Source: Octopus sinensis
Taxonomy: Eukaryota
Assembly: GCF_006345805.1 (NCBI RefSeq)
Contig: NC_043009.1
Coordinates: 71,858,001 to 71,922,000, forward strand
Direction: 5' to 3'
Length of the DNA: 64,000 bases
Shown: piece by piece, positions 1-13,184 of the stretch
Position numbering within the stretch: the stretch's first letter is position 1
Layout of the letters: every line of letters starts with the position of its first letter
Translations under genes and position numbers: made by a program
The notes under the pieces: model-generated
Told to the model about the DNA's origin: nothing
The model's database searches: none
The model's input: the letters and a program-made list of their open reading frames with translations, nothing else

Positions 1-256
1 TTTTTTTGTACAATTCCTAATAATTTTTGATTATAAAAATATAATAGGATTATTTTTTTAACATTGATGAGTGGGTGGGGTTCCAGTAGATTAGAGTCAA
101 AAGTGTCCAGAGGGGAAAAATGGTTGAGAAGCATTGTGCTACAAGGAACTGACAAAGGGAGTTGCTAAGGGTTGAATGGTCACCCAGAAAGAAATAATGA
201 TGATGGGGTTGGGGGTGCCAAAGGCAATGACGATGACTGTCATGGTGATGGAAATA

Positions 257-400
257 CTACTACTACTACTACTAATAATAATAATAATAAGAAGAAGAAG
301 AAGAAGAAGAAGAAAAAGAAGAAGAAGAAAAACAATAGCAATAATAATAATAACAAGAATAACAAGAATAGCAACAACGATGACAACAACAACAATAATT
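257..400. repeat. Compound trinucleotide microsatellite (ACT)n/(AAT)n/(AAG)n/(AAC)n
   Basis: Directly visible; explains ORFs 139-429. Confidence 0.95.
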
Positions 401-1308
401 TTTAAATGTTTTAGCTGATAATTACGCATTTCAAATTTCCAGGAGTGATAAAGCCATTTGAATGAGAAAACTGAAAAGATTAAAAGATAAGGAGAAAAAG
501 GAAAAAGAAAAGTTTATATCTAGAAAGCTCATCCATTTCTCATCTGTAGGCTTGTTTCATAAAATACAGTTGATTGGTGTTGTTTAGCCCCAGGCCAGCT
601 CTGATTGAGCAAAACTATGATCAAGGACCTTCTTTTTTTTCTTCTAGCTGTTGTGAACCCTCAGATTTCCTTATCCCTTATAAATACAAAATACAGAAGG
701 GTGTAATTTGCAGGGAAGATTTGGCTATTATGACTAGCGGTTCGGAAAACCATATTGGGACTCCTTTGTCAGCTCAGTCTCTATAGATGATGTTCTTAAC
801 TGTGTGTGTGTGTGTTTATGTCTGTGAATTCCTCCCCATGCCAACCTTGGTTCTGTGCCTGTGTGTTTGAATCTACGGTGGGGGTGGGGGGTCAGAGTGT
901 CTGTGTGTCACTTAGATGCAGTAAAACTGATTTTATTATTCCCAACAAACTATTCTGATCTGCATTTAAAAAGATTAACAAAGAACACTATCCAAAAAAT
1001 ACAATAAATACTGGAGGTTTTTTTTATTATAAACATGAGGGGGGAGGTTGAACCAGATGGGGTGGGCATGGGTAGGTGGGTGAATGGCATAGTTTCAAAA
1101 GTAACCTTTTGTTTAAGTTAACAATCATCATCATCCATCAGGTTCTCTTCTGGGTACGGGGGTGGGGGTAATGGGTAGGGTGGATAGGGGGTAGGGGTAG
1201 GCCTTTCTTTTGAGATAAGAATCTTTTGTTTACAAAGGAGTAACAAACATTCAAAGATGTGACATAATTCTACAATATCACACATGGACACACGGACACA
1301 CACCCACA

Positions 1309-1310
<2 letters not shown>

Positions 1311-1387
<77 letters not shown>

Positions 1388-1391
1388 TCTC
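1311..1391. repeat. (CT)n microsatellite
   Basis: About 40 CT units. Confidence 0.97.
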
Positions 1392-1849
1392 CAGCTGTCC
1401 TATTATAGTATTTTGAATTGGTTGAGAAAATACATTGGACGATACAAAGGAGGAGGAGAAAGAAAGAGAAAAGAAAAAGAAAATGGAAGAAAAATATTCT
1501 GTAGAGAGTGGGCGGGGGCGGAAATGAAATAGAAAGGAAGAAAGAAGGAAAACAAAGATGTGCAATGAAGCTTGTTTATTGAGAGGAGTTGAGAAAGACT
1601 TGAATGTTCTGGAATGTTGCCTCATCAATGGAGTGCAGAGAAATAGGAAGGAGCTGCTGACCTGCTTGACCAACATCACCACCACTACTTTCCTCTTTCT
1701 TCTACTGTCCCTTACCACCACCACCACCACCACCACCACCACTTTGGTCATTAAACATCTTAATGAAGTGGAAAAGTATGTAAAGTTGGTTCCGAGGGTT
1801 TTTCCTCATCTCACTGCTCCTCAGCTTAATCAAAGATTCGCTCTTTGAT

Positions 1850-2390
1850 CATCAGTGATGAAAAGGGATTTTCTATAATCACATCCAATGAAAATAGGAC
1901 CCAATGAAAAAGGAGAATCCATCCCCAAACCAGAACTTCACTTCCAAAGGATGTTATGCTCTGGGGTTTTTTTTTTGTGGAATATGAAGGGTTTCATCTA
2001 TCATGAAGTCTTAAACCAAAGCAAAACAGTTCCTGGGGAGTATTGTTGAAAAAGAAAAAGGATTGCAGAAAAAGGTCTGCAATTTGGCCATTCATGAGGT
2101 TTGTCCTTACATGATAATGCAACATTGCCCAAGTCAGGAAAAAATCTGCAAGTTTTGCTCCATGCTCCTTACTCTCCAGATTTTGTGCCATTTGTCATTT
2201 TTACAGATCATTGCAACATTTTTTAAAGGAAAATCAGTTTTATTAATTTTGAGGGGTTTAAAATGGTATTCAGTGTATTCTTTGCTTTGAAGCGTGGGAA
2301 ATTTTACAGCCAAGGGGTCAACATCTTGCCAACTAGATGGGGGTTATGATATTAATGAAGATGAGAAATATTATCTTGATTAACTACATC
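1850..2390 (+). mobile_element. Degenerate mariner-family transposase remnant (C-terminal half)
   Basis: Broken reading frames give DEKG..YNH, PKPELH, LHDNA, HAPYSPDF and GVNILPTRW, matching mariner DD34D-domain motifs, with many stops and frameshifts. Confidence 0.7.
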
Positions 2391-2534
2391 AATTAAGACT
2401 AACGAAGCAGTTGCTTCTATCCTCATCTGAAATGCAACAGGACTTCCTTTCCAATGTAATACATGCATACATGCATGCATATATGCATGCATGCATATAT
2501 GCATGCATGCATATATACATGCATACATATATAC

Positions 2535-2800
2535 ATGCGTGATGGTGCTTTTTACGGTGGCACGTAAAAAGCACCATCCTACCGTGGCCGTTTGCCAGCC
2601 CCGTCTGGCACCTGTGCCGGTGGCACATAAAAAGCACCCACTACACTCACAGAGTGGTTGGCATTAGGAAGGGCATCCAGCCGTAGAAACATTGCCAGAT
2701 CAGACTGGGCCTGGTGCAGCCTTCTGGCTTCCCAGAGCCCGGTCAAACCGTCCAACCCATGCTAGCATGGAAAGCGGACACTAGATGATGATGATGATGA
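2535..2800 (+). mobile_element. Dispersed repeat family A (retro-element 3' part with (GAT)n tail); about 12 further copies or fragments near 5215-5760(-), 5750-5965(+), 8968-9050(+), 10745-10900(-), 11545-11855(+), 12600-12880(-), 13340-13660(-), 20740-20990(-), 36585-36645(+), 45380-45540(-), 51820-52010(+), 59560-59680(-)
   Basis: Shared blocks gtggcacgtaaaaagcacc, gagtggttggcattaggaagggcatccagc and aacccatgctagcatggaaa..gacgttaaatgatgatg recur on both strands. Confidence 0.85.
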
Positions 2801-3064
2801 TACACACATACATACATACATACATACATACATACATACATACATACATACATACAAACATACATACATGCATGCATGCATGCATATATACATGCATACA
2901 TATATACATGCATACATACATACATACATACATACATACATACATACATACATACATACATACATACATACATGCATGCATGCATATATACATGCATACA
3001 TATATACATGCGTACATACATACATGCATGCATACATACATACATGCAGACGCACACAAACATA
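2801..3064. repeat. (TACA/TGCA)n compound microsatellite
   Basis: Directly visible, following the tail of a family A copy. Confidence 0.95.
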
Positions 3065-3483
3065 CACTTTCTGATTGAATCTTCTTTGTGTCAACATGTA
3101 CCTCCTTGCAACAATGTAGCCTTTAATCTAACCAAGTTATCCTTGGCCTGAAGAGTAACCAGCAGTATGCACCTCACTTGGATTTTACCACTTCTGTGGT
3201 TCCACTCGCTATGAAACATATGTAACCCGGATTTTTCCTACTCCATTCTGTAACTCTTGTATTCTTATTTGCTCACTTGGCAATCCTGGTCACCTACCAT
3301 GAAATATAAAAAGAACTTTTTTCCAGCTCATCATTCTTCAATAAAGAAAAAATCCACAACCTTCCATCTCAATAAACCACCATTGTTCCTGAAGGGTGTC
3401 TTTTGTTTTGCTATTTTTTCTTTAAATTACTACAAATTGCTCAAAGCTAACTTTCTTCCTACACCTTGATCTCTGGATATTAC

Positions 3484-3518
<35 letters not shown>

Positions 3519-3747
3519 TACATTAAAAGGCTTCTAAAAGAAGAAGTGGATATATATATAATTTTTTTCCTGAGCGTTATACTAATACATCTGTCTGTTT
3601 TGTACACCACCTGTCTTCGTCTTTTTTTTTCATAAACTCTCCCTATATATATATAAACTCAAACATGCACATTTTTAAGGTGTAAATTATCAGAAATACA
3701 TATATGTTGTCTTCTTTATTAATATCTTTCTTTATTTCATTTTTCAG

Positions 3748-3849
3748 GGTGGAATGGGAAAGCTCAGAATCTTAGACAATGGTATCCGGGTGGATGGTAG
3801 AACAGAATTTACAAAAACATTGTACACATCAAAAATAAATTCTTTGCCA
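3748..3849 (+). CDS. SGCD/SGCZ-like: Sarcoglycan (gamma/delta/zeta family), first coding exon visible in window (GGMGKLRILDNGIRVDGRTEFTKTLYTSKINSLP)
   Basis: Acceptor ttttcag|, donor |gtaagt, 102 nt, phase 0-0. Peptide resembles the sarcoglycan segment GMGxLxIxxxGxRxEGxSEFxxxLY that follows the TM helix. Confidence 0.9.
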
Positions 3850-4079
3850 GTAAGTATATTTGAATTTTATATGCATTCCCATTTGAGTTTGTCTTTGTCT
3901 TCTTATGTTTTCTGTTTTTATCAGTTATCTTTTGGAAATAAAGGTGTGACAAGTACCTCTATTTCCATTTTGCTGTGTTAATTATTGCTTCTTTGAAATC
4001 AAGATAATGAACTCTCTATGTTCAAATGTTCAAAGGAAATTCTACTCTATTCAAGTCTTTTTCTTTTCATTTTGCTTTA

Positions 4080-4310
4080 ACTGGTTCGATTACTCTGTAA
4101 AGAGCATAAAGCTGATTTCTCTGACATATACATTCTTCCATGGATGGGACGCTGGTCCATCACAGGATTAACTCATCTCTACCAACTGAGTGAACTGAAG
4201 CAATGGGAAAGGAACTGTTTCGCTCAAGAACACAACACATTGCTTGGTCCAGGAATCGAAACCACAATCTTACAGTCATGAGACCAACACCTCAACCACT
4301 AAGCCATTAG
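4080..4310 (-). mobile_element. tRNA-derived SINE
   Basis: Reverse strand reads aatggcttagtggttgagg (A box) ... ggtttcgattcctgg (B box), followed by gtgttcttgagc. Confidence 0.7.
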
Positions 4311-5045
4311 CACATTACCTGATCCCTAATAGCTATTTCTAAGTTATTCACAAGGTAGCAGCAATTTTCAGGGAGAGGTTAGTCAATTGCAACATCACCA
4401 GTATTTGACAGGGTGTCTGATCTTATTCGGAAAGGATAAAGGACAAAGTAATCTCAATAATATAGGAAAACATTCACTATAAATTCTTAGATAAGGGATA
4501 ATAATCCTTTACTGTTACAAGATAATTTGCTGATTTGTCTAACCATTTTTTTTAAGAAGGGAAGAATCAATTTCATATTTCCATATTCTGTTGCCGTATT
4601 AGCATTAATTAACATTCAAGTGTGAGATCTCCTGTAAATTATTTGGAAAAGGAGAATTGCTGCTTTGACTCTTATCTCCTTTTGCCTTTCTCAGATTACG
4701 ACCTGAGTTTAAATGTCACATTCACCTGATTTTTTTAATATTTTGGAATTTGTAAAGTTTAATTTTGCTTCATTTAAACTAACTGTTGAATGAAATGTAA
4801 ACAAAGAAGTCAAATGTTAAGAATAAATATGATCTTAAAATCTTAAAATCATTGCATATGAAATTTTGAATTCTATAAAAAACCATTTGAATCTCAAGAG
4901 AGATAAGAGAAAGTGCATGAGTATGTGTGTGTGTAAATATATATATATATGTGTGTATGTATGTATGTATTTACACATATATATGTATGTATATTATATG
5001 TATGTATATTATATGTATGTATATATGTATGTATATTAGGTGTAT

Positions 5046-5109
<64 letters not shown>

Positions 5110-6170
5110 ATAGAGGTGCAGGCATAGCTGTGTGGCACTTTGGACAAAACCTTGTGAGTGGATTTGGTAGACAGAAACTGAAAGAAGCCTCATCAACATC
5201 ATCATCATCATCATCATCAACATCATCATTTAACATTCGCTTTCCATACTGGCATGGGTTGGATAGTTTGACTGAGGATTGGTAAGCCGAGAGGCTGCAC
5301 CAGGCTCCAATCTGATCTGGCAAGATTCCTACAGCTGGATGCCCTTGCTAATGCCAACCACTCCAAGAGTGTAGTGACTGCTATTTAAATTCCACTGGCA
5401 CAGGAGCCAGTCAGGGGGCACTGGCATCAACCACATTTAGATGATGCATTTTATGTGCGACCGGAACAGGGGCCAGTCAGAGGGCACTATCCACGGCTAC
5501 GATTTTGGTTTTACTTGACTCAACAGTTCATCTCAAGCACATCATATCGCCTGACGCATCAAAGGTACTTTTAAATGGGCCGGACATGCAACAGTGGCAT
5601 CAGCCATGGCTGGGATCTCACCTTAGTTGCCAGGTCCTCTCAATCACAGCATATCTCCAAAGGTCTCAGTTTCTTGTCATATATATATATATATATATAT
5701 GTATATACACACACACACCCACATATGCATACATAGCACTTGTGTTGGTGCCACATTAAAAGCATTGGTGCTCATATGACATCAAATGCACTCAATACAT
5801 TCTGTGGAGTGGTCGACATTAGGAAGGGCATCCAGCCATAGAAACCGTGCTAGAACAGACAATAAAGCGTGTTACAGCCCATGGCCTGACCAGCTGCAGT
5901 CAAACTGCTCAGCCCGTTGCCAGCCCAGAAAACAGATGTTAAACCATGATGTTGATGATGATGATATACATATTCACACATATATAGACACATGCATATA
6001 TACATGTCTGTGTGTCTTGTTTGTCCACCACCACTGCTTGACAACTGGTGCTGGTGTGTTTACATCCCCATGACTTCGCAGTTCGTCAGAAGAGAATGAT
6101 AGAATAAGTATCAGGCTTACAAAATAAGTCCTGAGGAGACCCATCATGGCCGATGCTGGTGGCACATAAC

Positions 6171-9000
6171 TGGCACTCGTGCCAGTGGCATGTAAGAAGC
6201 ACCTTAGTGAGTGCTGGGTCTCAGAGAGGCAAAGTGGCTGGTGGCACATGAAAAGCTCCTTTCAAATTTTGTGCCTCATGCTTGAGAAGAAAACCCATCA
6301 AGCCAAGTGAAATTGTAGTTGTGGCAGATACTGGTGTCACACAAATGGCACTCGTGCCAGTGGCATGTAAGAAGCACCTTAGTGAGTGCTGGGTCTCAGA
6401 GAGGCAAAGTGGCTGGTGGCACATGAAAAGCTCCTTTCAAATTTTGTGCCTCATGCTTGAGAAGAAAACCCATCAAGCCAAGTGAAATTGTAGTTGTGGC
6501 AGATACTGGTGTCACACAAATGGCACTCGTGCCAGTGGCATGTAAGAAGCACCTTAGTGAGTGCTGGGTCTCAGAGAGGCAAAGTGGCTGGTGGCACATG
6601 AAAAGCTCCTTTCAAATTTTGTGCCTCATGCTTGAGAAGAAAACCCATCAAGCCAAGTGAAATTGTAGTTGTGGCAGATACTGGTGTCACACAAATGGCA
6701 CTCGTGCCAGTGGCATGTAAGAAGCACCTTAGTGAGTGCTGGGTCTCAGAGAGGCAAAGTGGCTGGTGGCACATGAAAAGCTCCTTTCAAATTTTGTGCC
6801 TCATGCTTGAGAAGAAAACCCATCAAGCCAAGTGAAATTGTAGTTGTGGCAGATACTGGTGTCACACAAATGGCACTCGTGCCAGTGGCATGTAAGAAGC
6901 ACCTTAGTGAGTGCTGGGTCTCAGAGAGGCAAAGTGGCTGGTGGCACATGAAAAGCTCCTTTCAAATTTTGTGCCTCATGCTTGAGAAGAAAACCCATCA
7001 AGCCAAGTGAAATTGTAGTTGTGGCAGATACTGGTGTCACACAATGGCACTCGTGCCAGTGGCATGTAAGAAGCACCTTAGTGAGTGCTGGGTCTCAGAG
7101 AGGCAAAGTGGCTGGTGGCACATGAAAAGCTCCTTTCAAATTTTGTGCCTCATGCTTGAGAAGAAAACCCATCAAGCCAAGTGAAATTGTAGTTGTGGCA
7201 GATACTGGTGTTACACAAATGGCACTCGTGCCAGTGGCATGTAAGAAGCACCTTAGTGAGTGCTGGGTCTCAGAGAGGCAAAGTGGCTGGTGGCACATGA
7301 AAAGCTCCTTTCAAATTTTGTGCCTCATGCTTGAGAAGAAAACCCATCAAGCCAAGTGAAATTGTAGTTGTGGCAGATACTGGTGTCACACAAATGGCAC
7401 TCGTGCCAGTGGCATGTAAGAAGCACCTTAGTGAGTGCTGGGTCTCAGAGAGGCAAAGTGGCTGGTGGCACATGAAAAGCTCCTTTCAAATTTTGTGCCT
7501 CATGCTTGAGAAGAAAACCCATCAAGCCAAGTGAAATTGTAGTTGTGGCAGATACTGGTGTCACACAAATGGCACTTGTGCCAGTGGCATGTAAGAAGCA
7601 CCTTAGTGAGTGCTGGGTCTCAGAGAGGCAAAGTGGCTGGTGGCACATGAAAAGCTCCTTTCAAATTTTGTGCCTCATGCTTGAGAAGAAAACCCATCAA
7701 GCCAAGTGAAATTGTAGTTGTGGCAGATACTGGTGTCACACAAATGGCACTTGTGCCAGTGGCATGTAAGAAGCACCTTAGTGAGTGCTGGGTCTCAGAG
7801 AGGCAAAGTGGCTGGTGGCACATGAAAAGCTCCTTTCAAATTTTGTGCCTCATGCTTGAGAAGAAAACCCATCAAGCCAAGTGAAATTGTAGTTGTGGAA
7901 GATACTGGTGTCACACAAATGGCACTCGTGCCAGTGGCATGTAAGAAGCACCTTAGTGAGTGCTGGGTCTCAGAGAGGCAAAGTGGCTGGTGGCACATGA
8001 AAAGCTCCTTTCAAATTTTGTGCCTCATGCTTGAGAAGAAAACCCATCAAACCAAGTGAAATTGTAGTTGTGGCAGATACTGGTGTCACACAAATGGCAC
8101 TCGTGCCAGTGGCATGTAAGAAGCACCTTAGTGAGTGCTGGGTCTCAGAGAGGCAAAGTGGCTGGTGGCACATGAAAAGCTCCTTTCAAATTTTGTGCCT
8201 CATGCTTGAGAAGAAAACCCATCAAGCCAAGTGAAATTGTAGTTGTGGCAGATACTGGTGTCACACAAATGGCACTCGTGCCAGTGGCATGTAAGAAGCA
8301 CCTTAGTGAGTGCTGGGTCTCAGAGAGGCAAAGTGGCTGGTGGCACATGAAAAGCTCCTTTCAATTTTGTGCCTCATGCTTGAGAAGAAAACCCATCAAG
8401 CCAAGTGAAATTGTAGTTGTGGCAGATACTGGTGTCACACAAATGGCACTCGTGCCAGTGGCATGTAAGAAGCACCTTAGTGAGTGCTGGGTCTCAGAGA
8501 GGCAAAGTGGCTGGTGGCACATGAAAAGCTCCTTTCAAATTTTGTGCCTCATGCTTGAGAAGAAAACCCATCAAGCCAAGTGAAATTGTAGTTGTGGCAG
8601 ATACTGGTGTCACACAAATGGCACTCGTGCCAGTGGCATGTAAGAAGCACCTTAGTGAGTGCTGGGTCTCAGAGAGGCAAACGGCTGGTGGCACATGAAA
8701 AGCTCCTTTCAAATTTTGTGCCTCATGCTTGAGAAGAAAACCCATCAAGCCAAGTGAAATTGTAGTTGTGGCAGATACTGGTGTCACACAAATGGCACTC
8801 GTGCCAGTGGCATGTAAGAAGCACCTTAGTGAGTGCTGGGTCTCAGAGAGGCAAAGTGGCTGGTGGCACATGAAAAGCTCCTTTCAAATTTTGTGCCTCA
8901 TGCTTGAGAAGAAAACCCATCAAGGCAAGTGAAATTGTAGTTGTGGCAGATACTGGTGTCACACAAATGGCACTCGTGCCAGTGGCATGTAAAAAGCACC
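6171..9000. repeat. Tandem array (satellite/minisatellite), 175-bp unit, 16 full copies plus a partial
   Basis: Unit starts tggcactcgtgccagtggcatgtaagaagc at 6171 and recurs every 175 bp. Three 1-bp deletions (~7043, ~8364, ~8681) and only a handful of substitutions. Confidence 0.98.
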
Positions 9001-9094
9001 CATTACACATCTCGGAGTGGTTGGCATTAAGAAAGGCCTCCAGCTGTAGAAACTCGACGGTGGTGGTGGTGGTGGTGATGACGACGATGATGCA

Positions 9095-9255
9095 CAGGTG
9101 AAGCTGTGTGGTAAGAAGCTTGCTTCCTAACCATATGGTTCTTGGTTCAGTCCCATTGCTTGGTACCTTGGGCAAGTGTTTTTTACAATAGCTCAGGCCA
9201 ACCAAAACCCTGTGAGTGGAATAGGTAGATGGAAACTGAAAGAAGCCTGTTGGAT
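9095..9255 (+). mobile_element. tRNA-derived SINE with CORE-like block; related copies near 5120-5190(+) and 25010-25320(-)
   Basis: gtgtggtaagaag (A-box-like), ggttcagtccc (B-box-like), then accttgggcaagtgt, resembling the CORE domain, and ggaaactgaaagaagcc. Confidence 0.65.
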
Positions 9256-9745
9256 ATACCCAAAATATGGTAGCCTGTACTTAACTATGAACAGTTGTAG
9301 AGTTAAAACTTATCTCAGAGTTGAAACCTAGCCATGGTGTTCTGATCTCACTGGTTTGTCACGTATCATTGATGCTGGGGTAAGTTTCTGAAAACATAAT
9401 TTTAGGCCATAGCAAATTCATACCGAAGCTGGTGATTCTTGAAAAACATGTTATTCATAAATAAAAGAATGATTTATGAAACAAATTATGCAAAAGTTTT
9501 CTATTATTTTTTCTAAATATTCAACAATAAAACAGTTTGTTTATTTTTTAACTTTCAATGCAAAATGTGTCAGCAATTTTCTGTTTGATCTTTAGTGTGC
9601 CATAAATTAAAGAACCTCTGCTAGATTCTGTGTTCTTTCATTCGGATAAATAGGAACATAAATAAATATATTTTTTCCATATGTATCAAGTATTTAATAT
9701 ATATAAATAAATAAATATATATATACACATGTATGTATGTATATA

Positions 9746-9825
<80 letters not shown>

Positions 9826-11402
9826 ATGTATGTATCTGTCCTAAATATCCACTAATGCAAACATGAGATACAAGCATAAACATATTTTTTAACTGACTTT
9901 TCTTGTGTCCCATTTTCTCTTTTGCAATTTCTCAACATCAAATTCTTCAAATCTGTTAAAAGACAAACCACTTAGACATGCACAAAGAAACAAAATAAAA
10001 TAAAATACACAGAATAACACATTACCACACCCATTCTGCGACCAGGAATGACTGGCCTACTTTGGAATCTAGGACTTGGCAATGCTCACTGTTATTGATG
10101 TCAAACAGGCCCAGCAGACAGTCAGGCTTTCTTTAATTTAATAAACACTATCTGGATTTTATAGAGTGTGTGTGTGTGTGTGTGTGGTGTGTGTGTGTGT
10201 GTTCTCACACTGATGTTTAATTCAATTTACTGCAGTTTAGGTTGAGAAAGTTCATTTTATTTACACCCACATTCCAGAGTTCAATAAGTTCAGTTGCCAT
10301 GAGAGGCGAAGGATCTAACATTTCAGACTATTGCCCTATGTCTGGGGAGAGAGAGAGAGAGAGAAAGGGGAGGGGCCAGCAGCGTTTTTTGGTCCCCAAG
10401 CTAGTGAAATAATGTTTTATTTTATAGTTGCATGGAGACCCTAAAGAGTTGAGAGTTACCTTACTCATAAATTATCTTTCTTTAATTGTTAATGACCTCT
10501 GATGAAATGCTTTCACTCTTCCACATTCCCTGCAGGTGGGGGGGGGGCAGCAATCTTGATCAAAAGTCTGTAACACAGATCAAACCAGAAATTAATCACC
10601 AATCTACTTCTCATACAAAGACAATTTTAAAAATAATATAGAGAAAATCCTTGTTTATTTTGTGTCATTAATCATACCTGTGAGCATCACCCCCTCCTCC
10701 TCCTCCTCCTCCTCCTCCTCCTCCTCCTCATCATCATCATCATCATCATCACCACCATCATCACCATCATCATCATCACCACCACCATCATTATCATTTA
10801 ATGTCCACTTTTCCATGCTTGCATAGATCAGACAGAATTTGTTGAGGCAGGCTTTTTTACGGCTGAATGCCTTCCCAGTTGCCAAACCTCAACTGCTTCC
10901 TCATAAGATTATAGTTCCCTATGGCCAGACATTTTTATTACAGAAGACTGGAAATGGACAACCCTGCTTGTGTGACAGTGATGCTCATTTACAACCACCG
11001 CGTGATGTCTAGACAAAGACACACACACACAAAACAAGCTTCTTTCAGTTTCCATCAACCAAATCCACTCAAGGCTTTTGTAAGCCTGGGTCTATACTAG
11101 AAGACATGTGTCCAATGGTGGTGGTGATGGTGGTGGTGGTGGTGGTGGCGGTGGCGGTGGTGATGGTGATGGTGGTGGTGGTGGCAGTGATTTTCCAGGC
11201 AAAATGTTCCAGTAACATTTTACTCAATGTCCAGTTCATGACAAAAGTTTAAGTGATTGAGAGCCACTGCCATGCCATAATGTATCTGAGGCTCCAGGTA
11301 CCAATGTAGACCATCACAACTCCCTCCAGAGAACAGCAAGTCCCTTATAGCATGCTGAAGTGGGCAGAAAAATAATCTTTAATAACAAACAACACTTTTC
11401 AC

Positions 11403-11910
11403 CTCTTAACATTTAAACCAGCTTTATCCAATCCAAATATTCTACTTGTTTTATCTTCAAACTAGCCAGATCCAGCTTCTCACACCAAGCTTACAATGTC
11501 ATTCTAAATGTAAACAATCACATTATTGAAGTCATGAAGTTATGAGATAAATGCATGATAGCACCATCCGAATGTGGCTGATGCCAGCGTTGCCTTGACT
11601 GCCTTCCGTGCCTGTGGCACGTAAAAAGCACCAACTCATCATGGTCGTTGCCAGCCTCCTCTGGCCCCTGTGCCGGTAGCACATAAAAAAGCACCCACTA
11701 CATCTCAGAGTGGTTGGCATGAGGAAGAGCATTGAGCTGTAGAAACACTGCCAAATCAGACTGGAGCCTGGTGCAGCCTCTTGGCTTCCAAGACCCCAGT
11801 CGAACCGTCCAACCCATGCCAGCATGGAAAACAGACGTTAAATGATGGTGATGAATGGGAATAAAAAGAAAATTCTATTTGAGAGAGAAACCTGAATGCT
11901 AAAGGGTTAA
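11403..11910 (+). mobile_element. piggyBac-like non-autonomous element interrupted by a family A insertion; partial opposite-strand copy at ~13960-14140
   Basis: Ends in ctgaatgctaaagggTTAA (11910). Internal ccagatccagcttctcacacc..caatgtcattctaaa is the reverse complement of 14075-14125. Confidence 0.55.
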
Positions 11911-13135
11911 TACTATTCTTTTACATTCAAAATACAAATCGTATCACAGAAAACACTAGCATCCATCTGACAGCTCCAAAATCTTCATAAACTACCAATC
12001 ATCTACTTGGACTTAATGAATCAATTGTATGGGTTTTTATCAACAACTGATGTAATTATTTACAGCCAGGAAATACTCCAGAGTCGAAAAAAATAGTGAA
12101 GTAGAGAAAAGCACAGTGCCAAAACTGATAAGAGACATAAAAAGGATTCCTCAGACTCTTATGAGTATAAGATAGAGTTAGTTCCTATGATTGGTTTGCA
12201 AATGTCTGCAAGTAATTATATTGTAATATTTAAATGCCATAAGCAAGGATCTACATGGCAATTTTCCAAAGTTGTCAAATTGGTAAATCTAACATAATAT
12301 TTCCGCAGAAATGAATGCAGTTCTCTTTACACAAAAATGGAACCAGATGTGTAATTTTAGTTAATTCTTTTACATTATTCTATTTATTTATTTATTTATT
12401 GTTATTTTTTGCATTATTTCATTTTATTTTTGACTTTCTTAATTTCGCTTTTTCTAATTCATCACTTTTCTTGAAAAACGAATCCTTCACCCCAACAACA
12501 TCTTTGAGGAGGTGCCACAACAAGAATTTTTGCAAGGAGGAATATTGTGTTAATTGAAACAACAGTATCAGATCAATGGCAATTACTTCATAAACTGTGC
12601 AAAAACCAGTTTGGACAACATTTCTACAGCTGGATGCCCTTCCTAACGCCAATCGCTTTTGCAGACCCTGTTGAAGGCATCTTTCATGGCATCCACACTA
12701 TAAAGAATACTACGCTGTACACACACACATGCACGCATGCACACACACACGCACACACACATCATTGTTGTCATTCTTATTGTCATCACTTAGCATCCAT
12801 GTTCCATGTGAACATAGGTTGCATGGGTTGACACAACCCACTCTGCCAAGGACCGCAACATGCTCCATTTTCTGCTTTCATATGGTTTCTATAGTTGAAT
12901 GTCCTTCCTAACACCCAACCACTCCATAACATTTAATGGGTGGGGTTTTCAGGCTACCAGCTCCAGTGAGGTTGTCATGTTGTTAGCGAGACTCAGGAAC
13001 CCTAAGGGAGCATCTTTATGCAAGGAGGTGAGGGGCAAAAGATGGATAAAGCTAAGAGAAATACTGGCTTCATTTCTTTCCAGTCATCTCAAATCCTCAA
13101 CATTTAAAGCCCATGTTTCACCACACACACACACA

Positions 13136-13184
<49 letters not shown>

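Noticed and set aside
1-3747. Search for the sarcoglycan TM-encoding first coding exon
   Set aside because: No RKRC-type or hydrophobic exon with splice sites was found. The hydrophobic ORFs here are microsatellite translations.
6171-9000. CRISPR-like array
   Set aside because: Units are identical along their whole length with no unique spacers, no cas genes are present, and the context is eukaryotic.
6221-9101. Repeated 67-aa ORFs on both strands (MRRKPIKPSE..., MCHQPLCLSE...)
   Set aside because: They are by-products of the 175-bp unit, start at TTG or incidental ATG codons, are broken by frameshifts in some units, and match no recognisable domain.
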